Positions 28,059 to 38,317 of a stretch of 64,000 nt of DNA are shown piece by piece. Source of the stretch: Psammoneis japonica (lineage: Eukaryota). Made by a program: the position numbers and the translations under genes. Under the pieces are notes generated by a model. That model was not told the DNA's origin and searched no databases. It worked only from the letters and a program-made list of their open reading frames with translations. The DNA is taken from contig QPGO01000122.1 in the NCBI GenBank assembly GCA_008632985.1, positions 1 to 64,000 of the forward strand. The letters are read 5' to 3'. Every line of letters begins with the position of its first letter. The stretch's first letter is position 1.

Positions 28059-30500
28059 CTAGTTTTCGTTCTTGATCGTCATCTCAGCTTTTGCTCCTGG
28101 ACGGCAGTGCTTGGCTTTGTCATGCAGTGGACCAAGATCACGTGGGTTTGGCTCTCCGGGAGACATTTTCGCTCGGCCCGTCGTTTCGGCACAATCCTCG
28201 AGCAGTTCCAACATTGTCACTTTAGCATCCATTGCTTGAGGGTGCTGTCCAGTTGCTTTGATCAAAAACATGATGTCATCTCGCAATTGCTTTTGACGGG
28301 TTGCATCTCCGAGACTCTCAATGCCCTCTCTCCGAACGCGATGACGAATGTCAACCAACACCTGCCCGGCCACACCACGAAACAAACACTGGCTCAACTC
28401 CACCGGCTCAGTCATGGAATGTGTGCAAATGATTCTTTCTTTGCCAAGATTTGAAGGACTGCGGTTTTGGCAACCAGCTTTGCAGCTGCACCCTGCAGCA
28501 AGAAACTCGGCAGCCGAGATGGCCGAGCTGGCTGCGCATTGTGCCGACTTCATCAACGCAAGAATTTTGTGATCAATGAGAACGCAGACCTTGCCATTGT
28601 GCTTCGCAAGAGTCAATTTTGCATCTAGGATGTCAGGTGTGCCAGCGTCCAAAGCGTGTCGCAGAGCACGTTTACAAAGGCGCTCTCCTGTGTGCTCTCG
28701 AGCATTCTCACAGCCATGTCGATGACATTGGATGGCAACACATGCCGACAAGTTAGCTTTTCGCCTTTCTTTCTTCCTTCTAGCTGAGTCAACGAAGCCA
28801 ACAGGTGGACAAATTCTGTTGCCACCTCCATCGGTGTGTCCTTGTCAACAACAAGTCCCTCCATCTCATGCACACGGACTGCTTTGATTCGCTCGAAGTG
28901 AGGTTGCGACGGATGTAACGAGGACGTCAGAAGAATGGGAAACTTCACCTTTTTGATGTCGTCGTCCAAGAAATCAAACTCGCCAGCTTCAGCTTTCTCA
29001 AAGAGATCAAGCACTTGAACATGGGTTGCACTCACAGGGACAACTTGGCCCTTGTCTGCAAGGAAAGCTTGCATCTCGGCTTCATCTTTGCCTTCAGTCA
29101 TCCCTGACATGGCCCCACGAATGCACTCTAAACACAACAGTCGAGTTCCATCTAGACACAGGTCCACTTCTTTCACATGACAGAATCGACACACAGATGC
29201 CTCGCAACCTTGACATTTGAGCACTCCTTCTGCTGCAAGGAATGGGTGAGGGATGCCAGTGCATCCTTTGCATGTGGAAATTGCCGGCCCATCAATGACT
29301 TTCGCACTCGAGCCAGCAAATGCTTCCAGGTGCTTTTCCAACACAACGGGCTCGTCATGAATGCACCCACCATTCGTTTTCTCACAGAGCAGCGAATTGG
29401 CCAGACAAATGACTGCATCTTTTTCTTTTACAGTTGCACCATTCATGCCGCCAACGTCCTTTGCCATTGCCTGATGCAGTGCCACACCAGACAGCAACGA
29501 GTGCTTTTCCATCAAATCGGCAGCTGCTTTGGGCCCAGCACCCGCAACTCCTCCTGGACACTCATCGAAACCTAAAACCATGGCCATCAAACAACGAGTC
29601 ATCGGGTCGCTTGCTCCATTGAATGTAGGACAGTCTGGCACGCGGCCACCTTTTGCATCATCGAAGGGCGAGTGACCAAGCTTTGGAAGTAGAATGGCCT
29701 CGATCAAGTCGGTGGTTGCCTTTCGGCCGGTGTAGATTTTGCAGTGTCAGGCTGGCTCCTTGTTCATTGTGAGCTTCAAGTCCTCAAGCATGACATCAGA
29801 CCCTCCATTGCAACCATTGGGACCGACGTGTGCCATAAAGTCTGAGTCACCTGACACAACAAAGTCAACATCTCCGTCAACAGCTCTCTTGGCCAGGCAC
29901 GGATCTGCTTGTGCAGGAGCAACCTCCATGGTGATTTCGCCTTTGTCACCCAATTCAAAAGCATGAACAAACTCCTCCAATTTTTTAGAGAAATCAGCCG
30001 GCAACTGTTTCCACTTCAATGAGTTCTCCCGACTGCGTGTTTTTTCTGGACGTCATCAATCTTTGTCATGTGTTCGCTTGAAACATCTTGGTCGTTCAAC
30101 AGCAACTGCAGATGTGCCCTGGAGGTGACAAGCTGAATTTCTGTCTTTTCACGATCCGCCCAGCGACAGCATGAGGCACGTTTTGAAGGGTGCCGTTCTG
30201 TTGGATGGTCAGCAACAATGATGATGGTGTCTGCCAGGGCATCAGAGAATGCCTTGGCGACTTGTGCAACTGCGCCATCTGGAGCAAATGAAGACCGATC
30301 ATGGACGTGTTTACATCCAATGAGGTTGGCGTCAATGCCTCCCTTCAGTTGGCGTTTTGGACGTCGAGACGATTGTGCTGCGATGTGTTCAAGAGCCGCA
30401 ACAGCAACATCAAAAGCAACTGCCACTGTCTGCCACGACATCTTGACCTGGCTGGAGACTCCCATGGCAACCTCACTGTCTTGATCAGCTGCAATGGGAT
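28059..30500 (-). pseudogene. XPG/FEN1/EXO1-family (PIN + H3TH) nuclease fused to Zn-finger and SWIM domains, frameshifted
   Basis: GIDAN, VADHP..RHPSKRA (XPG-N); APAQADPCLA..DGDVDFVVSGDSDF (XPG-I); VLGFDECPGGVAGAGPKAA (H3TH); CQGC..VCRFC..CLEC; GCSCKAG...ICTH (SWIM). Confidence 0.8.
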
Positions 30501-31061
30501 GAGAACAGTGTGCTTGCAAAGGTGCAAGAAGAGCGCAGTTGTCGCATGGTGTCGAGAAGGGCGTCGTTGCGTCCCTTGCGGCATCGTGGTGGGTGGTGGC
30601 GAAATGATGCGGCTGCAAGAGTTGTTTTTCAAACAACACGGCCTGCCGCGTGGAAGCTTCTACGAGAAATTTGTGTGGAATTGCACTGACCTCCAGAAAA
30701 AGAAATCGTCACACCTCCCACAGCCCCACCATGCTCGCTCCATCAAGGATGGATCGTCTGGATGAGGTGTTTTTTCAGTTGGCTCGTGATTTTGCAATTT
30801 CCCCGTGCTTCGCCCGTGTCATTTTGCCATGCCTCTGAGCACCCCCAAACACATGTGACTGTGTCCAGCCTCCATCAGGGCTGTTGGATCTACATGTGAA
30901 CTGCACATTTCAACCTTCAAACGCCAATTGTCGGATTCGGCGCAGTTGCCACATGCGACAAACCGCTGTTTTTCGCCAAAATCGCACTGCTCATGGGAGA
31001 TGAGCCACAACTTTCCAGGAAAAGCCGACATTTGGCGTTTGACTGGCTGTGGACACATCCA

Positions 31062-31475
31062 CCGTGCACTTGAGCATTTGTGATGAGTTGAAATTTTGTA
31101 CGCACAGTTGCCCCACATGCGACACATCGATGGAAAGCTGAGAGTCTGCTCATTCCGTGGGGGGGGGGGAATGGGGGGGTGAGCTCTGGCAGTTTTTTTT
31201 GGAAGATGAGGCATGAGTTTTGGGTGTGATCATTGAAGTTTGTGCAATTGTTAAAATGATCAATGTTGTGCCTCATTTCTTTGATTGGCGAGCAACCGAA
31301 ATTGTGGAACACTTTTGACATGCCAAACACGACCTGATTTGGAGCCGTTGGTGTTTCAATGCATTCCACAGACATGTGGGCGTGCATTAAAATAGGTCTG
31401 GGGGTCAAAAACTCCAAATCGCGACCCCCAAGTGTTCCACAGTTTCAAAGTCATCGAAAACATCCAAAAACACGG
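31062..31475. mobile_element. ~414-bp pogo/Tc1-type MITE, copy A (TA-depleted)
   Basis: ca|CCGTG...CACGG|tg termini; homologous over its full length to 47190-47605. Confidence 0.85.
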
Positions 31476-32085
31476 TGCAGTCGTCAAGCCAAAGATCGCG
31501 CATGGTCACGACCATCGCCAACACATTCCATGATGTCTTTCGAAGGGACAAAGTTCGACCTGTCGCTGAAAATATTTTGTTGGCGAGCGCGCGCATCCAG
31601 CACGAGAAATCCGGGTTTTTTTTCCAAAAAAATGCGAGCTCGCGCGCAAACAAACCTCATCTCGACGATCCATCCTTGCCCAAGGGGGACCGCCGACCTG
31701 TTTTTTCCGCGTTTGTCCTAAAATTGGCAATGTGTTTGAATGCGTTTGTTTACAATCATCAATTTTAAATACAAGAATTGTTCGATCGCCCACGAAAACG
31801 AGAACATCAGGCACCGCGATCAAAGCACGACGATGACGGCAATTGCGCCATCTCTCAAAATTGGCCCAGTGGCACGAGGGACGAAAGCATGCAAATCAAT
31901 CTGCGCCACATGACGACAACAAAACCAGTGAGTGTCCCTCGTGACACTTTGCAACTCACCGCTCGTCGCGAACATCATCATTGTCGCTCGTGCTTTTGTC
32001 GTGTTATTTTCTGTCGCGACCCGTCAAAAACACGTAAAACCCCGGAAAAGACGTGCGAAAAAAATAAGCCGACGGCCCGCCTTAA

Positions 32086-32887
32086 GACCCTGTCCAAACT
32101 GGATCATACGTATGATCATACCTGACGTCATAGAGCCTAAAATTAGCCTCTTCGAAAAAATTAGTGGTTATTTATTAGCCCTATGCATGACGCAATTTTA
32201 GGCCATACGATTTTTCCAGAGGAACAGTGTTCTCGCGATAAGTGGACTCTAGCTAGAGTAGACTAACTGGAAATGTCACATGTACCCCCACATCATACCC
32301 CTGGGGTCGACACACGAAACGACCCAGAAATGGCTTTTTTGATGCAACCACAGCGCTTATGGCTGTACCCTATCCACAAGAAACCTATAATATGATCATA
32401 TGCGAGAGCTTGCTGTGTTTGGGGCGCTCTACGTGCCGTTCTTGGCTTGTCACGACGCACAGTAATTTTGCTGAACCTTCTCTCAATCAATTCTCGGCAG
32501 AAACTCATACAATGAAGTTGCTTATATATAAGTCATACATAAGTTTGATTTTATGATCGATTTGTCTCCTTTACATGGCTTATTGTAGCCTTATGGTTGC
32601 GTTCTCGTCGTCATGGTGGCGTCGTTCTCGTCGTGTGGTTTTATTCTGTTTCAATCTAACCTCATCGATGTAGTTAGTTTAATGCCCTTGTTAAATGATC
32701 AACCTTCGTCAGTCATAAAATATATAAATCAGTATGTTAAGATATTCGTGTATTAATAAAACTGGGGTATGCATAAAAGTATGATTGAGTTTGGAAAAAG
32801 CACTCGTGGGTATGACTCTGCTACGTCAGCAAAAAGGCTTCGTGACGTCAGGTATGATCATAGGTATGATCCAGTTTGGACAAGGTC
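32086..32887. mobile_element. PIF/Harbinger (Tourist-like) MITE, 45-bp TIR, TAA TSD
   Basis: taa|GACCCTGTCCAAACTGGATCATACGTATGATCATACCTGACGTCA ... TGACGTCAGGTATGATCATAGGTATGATCCAGTTTGGACAAGGTC|taa, with 2 mismatches. Confidence 0.9.
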
Positions 32888-32979
32888 TAATACGAATACA
32901 ATCGACAACAATCGTACCGTGCGGCAGCAAAGTTCGTGTTCGCTCCAAAAGCAACGAGTCAAAGCATAAGTGAGACACA

Positions 32980-33642
32980 ATGATTCAAGAGAGTAATGCT
33001 CAGGTCTTACTGGGAAACGACGCCGACCTTGGGAGCTTGAGAGATGACATTCAGAGGAACGCTTCGCTATCGCTACCAAAAGAGGAGGAAGTGTTGTACC
33101 AGACCCAGGGCAAGATCCAGCGAGAAGGAGAGGATGACAGACAGAAACATGATGGAACCGTGCTTGTGACAAGTAAACGACTGTTGTTTGTAGCGTCTCA
33201 AGACAAAGCTCGGGATGTTGCGATAGACGCTGAGTGTATTCATCTGCATGCCATGTCGAGTGAACCTCTTTTATCCGTGTATGTTCAAATTACGGAACCG
33301 GGTCCAGGTGATGATTTCATAGAGCTCAGTATAATACCAGACAACGCGGAGAATAAATGTCAAGGTGTGTTTGATGCATTGTCAAGACTTGTGGCCATGC
33401 ATCCAATCACGGACAGTGATAATGATGACGATGGCGACAACAACATGATGTTTATGGCTCCACCGATGACAACAGCTGCAGAGAACGGGCTTCCTACTCC
33501 AGATGAGAGACAAGCCATGTTGGATCGGCTAGACAATTTGCTAGTGGTACCGCCAGAATATGAAGTTGACGATGGACAGTTTGATGACGCGGAAGAAAAC
33601 GTCGCTGACGAAGATGAAGATGACGACGACCCGTTGCTGTAG
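32980..33642 (+). CDS. Voldacs-domain protein (pICln/methylosome subunit-like)
   Basis: GTVLVTSKRLLF...IDAECIHLHAMS...VYVQI...VFDALSRLVAMHP followed by acidic tails, typical of pICln. Confidence 0.75.
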   Translation: MIQESNAQVLLGNDADLGSLRDDIQRNASLSLPKEEEVLYQTQGKIQREGEDDRQKHDGTVLVTSKRLLFVASQDKARDVAIDAECIHLHAMSSEPLLSVYVQITEPGPGDDFIELSIIPDNAENKCQGVFDALSRLVAMHPITDSDNDDDGDNNMMFMAPPMTTAAENGLPTPDERQAMLDRLDNLLVVPPEYEVDDGQFDDAEENVADEDEDDDDPLL

Positions 33643-33690
33643 GACTTTAATACTACTCGTGTAAGTGTTCTGAGATATGTGCGAACAAGT

Positions 33691-36600
33691 TCATTGCAAT
33701 GAAGGCCGAATTCGTCGCCCGTCTGAAATGCTTTGCAAGTCAAAGCCTTCTTTGGCAAGCGTCTGGATCATCACACTCTCCACATGGCGAGCTTCTGTCT
33801 TGCCTCCGGAAACAGCCATGGCAATGGCATGGGCGTTCTTCCACGCACCACCCTTTGACCGATGTTGTTTGAGACGATTTCGTAATGAATCCGTTTCCCC
33901 TACGTAATATCGAGCACCGCCGTCCATCAACAGCAAAACGTACAGGCAAGACTGACCCTCCAACGAAGCCGGCGGTGTCCAACCTGGTTTTATAACGTGA
34001 GCCTTCTCCTCGACAACACCTTCTGCGATTCGAATCACTTTTGAAAATCGTTCCATTTCACCATTGAGCGCTCTTGCGCCTACGCCATTCTTTCTTACCA
34101 TTGGTGTTCGCGCGACTCTGAGGCTGTCGTCCATTATGTCTGGCGCGTCGGAGTCGTCACTACCAAGATTATCCATTTGAGAAGCAAAGTCTTTCGCACG
34201 ATCTAGAATCTCGTTGGGAAGCCCAAATCGCTTTGCAGTCACTAGTGACATGCTGTCCGTGCAGATGCCATCTTCCAACCGATAGGTCCACACATAGTCT
34301 CCATTCTCATCATTTTGCTCGTGAATAGCCATTCGTTTATTGAAAATGCGATCCTGCGTTCCCAGCAGCGGAAGACCAAAGACATCATGCAAATGAGTGG
34401 CAAATATTCCACTCATTCCCTTGTTCGCCATGGCTTCCAATACTGCACCGGCTATGGACGTCCCATCCTTTGGGGAAGTGCCCCGCCCAAGCTCGTCGAC
34501 AAAGACTAGAGATTTCGAACCACAAGACCGAAATAGAGCAGCAATGTCTTCCATTTCGGCTCCAAAGGCGCTCTTTTGTTCTGTAGGGACATCGGCAGAA
34601 GCTCCGCGCACAAATATGCTATCAAACCGTGCCACGGTCGAGCCGGGTCCCACTGGCGCACACAGACCGCAATTCGTCAACAAGGCTGCGGCTGCCGTAG
34701 CTCTCATCAAGGTACTCTTGCCACTCATGTTAGGAGCTGTCAACAAAAACAAACCTTTGAACTCAAAAGAGTTCTTGACAGCTTGCGAACGATCCATCCA
34801 GTACGGCCATAAATCATTGAAGTGACCAACCGCGCTGTTTTCGTTGTCGCCTTCTACCGATCTTTCGTAGTTCTCGGCCATGTTCCATCCCAAATTGTTT
34901 GCTTTGGCTGCGTGGTGGGAGGCGGTAGAAAGAATAAGGTTGGTGTGCGCTGCTTGGACCACAGAAGGCAAATGACCCGACTCGCAAAGCGTCTGACTAA
35001 GCTCGGTCAACACCAAAGTAACCTGCTTACAGGCATCATCACAGGCTGACACATAATCAGACAACGCATCCTGAACTCGTTTGGTCGTGTAGCGATTCCG
35101 CAAAAGTTTGCCGTTTCGATCTCTTGGATGAATGTATGCCGACTCCCCGTCGTTATCGGAATGAGCTGCCCACGACGGCGTTTCTCGAAGTGCAAACAAG
35201 TTGTTAAAGACATCTTGTACAATTGGATTCTTGATTTCTGTCATCCGTTGTTTAACATGCTTTTTGAGTTGTATAGTATCCTTGACATTCGCTGCGGTGG
35301 CTTTGTCTAATCCCCAAAAGTCAATCGCCACAGCCTGTGCCAGCTTCAATGCCGATTCTTTAACCTTGTCGTAGGCGCCTTGAGCTGCTTCTACCCTGAC
35401 CCGACCTCTCCAGGTGGCTTCGTTCCGCTCAAAATAGGCCGGCGGGATCAGTTGATCAAACTCGGAAATTTTATCATGCATGCCATCATCTTCATACTGA
35501 ACAAACGACATGGATCCAGCATGGTGCAAGGGACTTACAACATTTTCAATAATGGCCGTTGCTTCTTGACAACGTCTCTTGACGGATTCAGCATCCGCCT
35601 TGAGCCCGCTTTCATACTCTAAAAGCACCATTAGTGGGTCTACCAGTGTCTCTATTCCCTGGGATTGATCAAATAGCGCTGCATCCAAAACTTCCATTGT
35701 TGAATCCATGGCGCCAAGGAGTTCTCCATACACGTTCGCACTTGCCTGTCCTGCACGAAGGAGAGCCAGTATTTTTCCTACAGGAGGGACAGACAGAGGC
35801 GGCAACGCAGCTCCTTGATCTTTAAGATAGACCACAAGAGAGGACATGGCATCCGCGACTTTTGGAGGTGGTGGAGACAAGAGCCATCGACGGAGAAATC
35901 GACGGGTTGCCGCGGGTGCCGACGACTCGGGAACTAGCGACGACACCAGCGAAGGAATGGTCGTATCGGACATGAGACCCAGCTGAGTCGCAGTCTCAAC
36001 GTGAAGAGGATGGGTGTGAGTTTGCCCACTGCTTTCGTCGTCATTGCTAGATGAAGCGCAGGATACTAATGTGAAATCATCAACAGTCACAAGTTGTCCA
36101 GCAGTGCCATCAACGTCATCCTGCTGTTCGGTCAACTTTATCAAGGCAGATACAATAGTGTTTTGCGCGCATTCCAAGTTTGTAACTCCTGGTGCCAGGC
36201 CCTGCATGACCGTAGGAGGTAATATCTTGGTTCTAACCTTTGATCCGGGCCCATCGCTTGCCGAATCAAACCGCGACGGTATAAATGGCAAGGCAAGACC
36301 TGAAGTAAAGGCGGCATCTGCGTATTCACTGGGAGATGGAACGTAAATCAAAGGGTCTGCTGGTGGATATGCGGCAAGCCGACAGGCGACGGCCTCTGCT
36401 GTCAATCGTTCTGATACTCGTACCGATCGCTCCTCCATCGACACTTCTACAATAGTGTATCCACTTGCAGCTGAAATGACTCCAACATGTGGTCGCGACG
36501 CGGGAGCCGTGACAAGAGTATCGGCATTTCCCAATAGCACCAAGTCATAGAGATATGTTGGCGAGGCTGAGGAAACAATTTGTGCCAGCATTCTGTTTTT

Positions 36601-37833
36601 GAGACGCGCCTTGGCGCCTCCCGTCGCCCCGGAACCAGCGGAAGAGTCGGTATCGGCGGCTTCTTCATAGACAGCAACGCGAAAGCCTTGATTCGTCAGG
36701 CAGTCCAACGTGGCCTGAATATTACGAATCGGGCAGCCAGCTCTTGCCTTGCCAGCCATGGCATTCAGACCACAATGCTCCACAAGCATAATGGCATCAA
36801 GTCCAAAGCTCTCGTAAAATTCACCAACACGCATCAAAATCACGCAATCCGAGTATCGTTGTTTTTGTTCTCTCACATAATGTAGCAATGATCCCTTTTT
36901 TCCTGCTGCAGTTGATGAAAGGGGCTCAGCAATTGCCTTACCCCGCAGGGGATCATGTGGTACAGCTAGTGAATCGTATCCCATTGGACAAGTTCTGGAG
37001 TTCAATTGAGCAACCAAGGTTCGAGCAGACGGCTTTGTCACGCATCGTAGAGGCTCTCTCCAGTAGTCATCGATGAGGCATTTATCACCAAATAAACTGT
37101 CCACCATGTTATCATAGGGGGTTGCCGCTTCCCTTGTTCGTGGCGATATGTCAAGCAATGGTGCGTCTTCTTCTTGAACAATATCATCCGAGTCCGGTAT
37201 TGTTGAAAAGGCTGCAACAGCTTGTCGTTGTTGTGGAGACGACAACATTTTCCCCATTATAGTAGTTTCAGGGTTGCTTCCAACTGGCTGCAGCCGACGA
37301 AGCTGAGATGACACTTCTCGATGCTGCAAGACCAACTTTGCAAGAGCTTGTTGCTCGGCATGCTCGACATCAAGCGCAGCCTTGAGTAATACGCTTCGAC
37401 TTGTGCTCTGAATAGTACCAAAGATTGCTTGAGAGACTTGCTTTGGACTGTTGACATTGATGGGCTGGCCACGATTCACTGTCGTGATTTCTCGTTCAAT
37501 CTGAAGTAGCCTCTCTTGCAATTGCTCAGCGTCATTATCAGAAGATTCTGCAGAGAGTTTTGCAGAAGAAAACCTGTGGCTGTTATTGCGACCTCCGGGG
37601 GAAAATAAGGAGTGCCTCTTGTGAATAGCACACTGTCTCGCTGGTGGATAGAAAGGATACGCAAAAGCTCCAATGTGACGACGACCGCGGTATGCTTTAC
37701 TCGACGTCAAACACCGGTGCATAATATCTCTTCGAGCGTAAACAAAAAGGTTCGACTTTTCTGAAACGTCAAAGCACCACAAGAACCAAAGATAAAAGAT
37801 AACCCTATGGATAATCATAGAGTGGAAAGGCAT
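33691..37833 (-). CDS. MSH1: Plant-type organellar MutS homolog 1 (MutS + C-terminal GIY-YIG endonuclease)
   Basis: RVGEFYESFGLDAIMLVEHCGLN..KARAGCP (domain I FxE), TAPNMSGKST (Walker A), DVPTEQKSAF, VFVDELGRGTS, FATHLH and C-terminal LYVL..YYVGETD..RLKQH. N-terminal targeting-like extension. Confidence 0.93.
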   Translation of the reverse strand: MPFHSMIIHRVIFYLWFLWCFDVSEKSNLFVYARRDIMHRCLTSSKAYRGRRHIGAFAYPFYPPARQCAIHKRHSLFSPGGRNNSHRFSSAKLSAESSDNDAEQLQERLLQIEREITTVNRGQPINVNSPKQVSQAIFGTIQSTSRSVLLKAALDVEHAEQQALAKLVLQHREVSSQLRRLQPVGSNPETTIMGKMLSSPQQRQAVAAFSTIPDSDDIVQEEDAPLLDISPRTREAATPYDNMVDSLFGDKCLIDDYWREPLRCVTKPSARTLVAQLNSRTCPMGYDSLAVPHDPLRGKAIAEPLSSTAAGKKGSLLHYVREQKQRYSDCVILMRVGEFYESFGLDAIMLVEHCGLNAMAGKARAGCPIRNIQATLDCLTNQGFRVAVYEEAADTDSSAGSGATGGAKARLKNRMLAQIVSSASPTYLYDLVLLGNADTLVTAPASRPHVGVISAASGYTIVEVSMEERSVRVSERLTAEAVACRLAAYPPADPLIYVPSPSEYADAAFTSGLALPFIPSRFDSASDGPGSKVRTKILPPTVMQGLAPGVTNLECAQNTIVSALIKLTEQQDDVDGTAGQLVTVDDFTLVSCASSSNDDESSGQTHTHPLHVETATQLGLMSDTTIPSLVSSLVPESSAPAATRRFLRRWLLSPPPPKVADAMSSLVVYLKDQGAALPPLSVPPVGKILALLRAGQASANVYGELLGAMDSTMEVLDAALFDQSQGIETLVDPLMVLLEYESGLKADAESVKRRCQEATAIIENVVSPLHHAGSMSFVQYEDDGMHDKISEFDQLIPPAYFERNEATWRGRVRVEAAQGAYDKVKESALKLAQAVAIDFWGLDKATAANVKDTIQLKKHVKQRMTEIKNPIVQDVFNNLFALRETPSWAAHSDNDGESAYIHPRDRNGKLLRNRYTTKRVQDALSDYVSACDDACKQVTLVLTELSQTLCESGHLPSVVQAAHTNLILSTASHHAAKANNLGWNMAENYERSVEGDNENSAVGHFNDLWPYWMDRSQAVKNSFEFKGLFLLTAPNMSGKSTLMRATAAAALLTNCGLCAPVGPGSTVARFDSIFVRGASADVPTEQKSAFGAEMEDIAALFRSCGSKSLVFVDELGRGTSPKDGTSIAGAVLEAMANKGMSGIFATHLHDVFGLPLLGTQDRIFNKRMAIHEQNDENGDYVWTYRLEDGICTDSMSLVTAKRFGLPNEILDRAKDFASQMDNLGSDDSDAPDIMDDSLRVARTPMVRKNGVGARALNGEMERFSKVIRIAEGVVEEKAHVIKPGWTPPASLEGQSCLYVLLLMDGGARYYVGETDSLRNRLKQHRSKGGAWKNAHAIAMAVSGGKTEARHVESVMIQTLAKEGFDLQSISDGRRIRPSLQ

Positions 37834-38317
37834 ACAGACTGACTCTCTTGCTCTACCGTAGCACTACGCTATTATATTGTCTCAAAGATTTGCCGTCTCC
37901 TTGCTTACTTCTCGTCGTCATTTTGCAGGCTAATTTTGAAGAGATTGCAAGATGTGTTTGCCGGATTTCGCAAAAAATGAGCGACAGCCAGACGGAGAAA
38001 GATCGTAGTCGCGCTCGCGCGCTGGCGGGTGCGCGCTCGCTCGGAGCTTCCTCAGTTCGCACTCTTCGTACCCAAGTTTAGATGGAGACGAACCGTGCGA
38101 AGCAAGACCCCTCATCTGGCTAGACCATCGTCATGTGCCTCTCCCAGAGGAGGGTGCCTCTGGGCCAAGATGACCGGTTTCTGTGACCGGTCAAACTTGT
38201 CGGCATCCTGTTTCCCCTCACTTTTCCATCTTTGTTGAGACAGGAACCCTGATCAACGTGACTGGACCACACCAAAGCATTGGAAAAGCTGTTTTTTGCT
38301 CCCTCTCTTGCTCGAAC

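Larger units (their letters stand above)
25517..30719 (-). mobile_element. ISL2EU/Harbinger-group DNA transposon with ~85-bp imperfect TIRs, encoding an XPG-like nuclease, SWIM, THAP-like domain and DDE_Tnp_4 transposase
   Basis: Left end GGGGGGGGTGACGAGATTTTTTTTGGAGGTCAGTACAAATTCTAC...CGTAGAAGC..CCGTGT matches the reverse complement of ~30636-30719. Flanks are AT|GGG ... CCC|AC(A), consistent with an AT TSD whose right copy underwent TA>CA. Confidence 0.82.
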
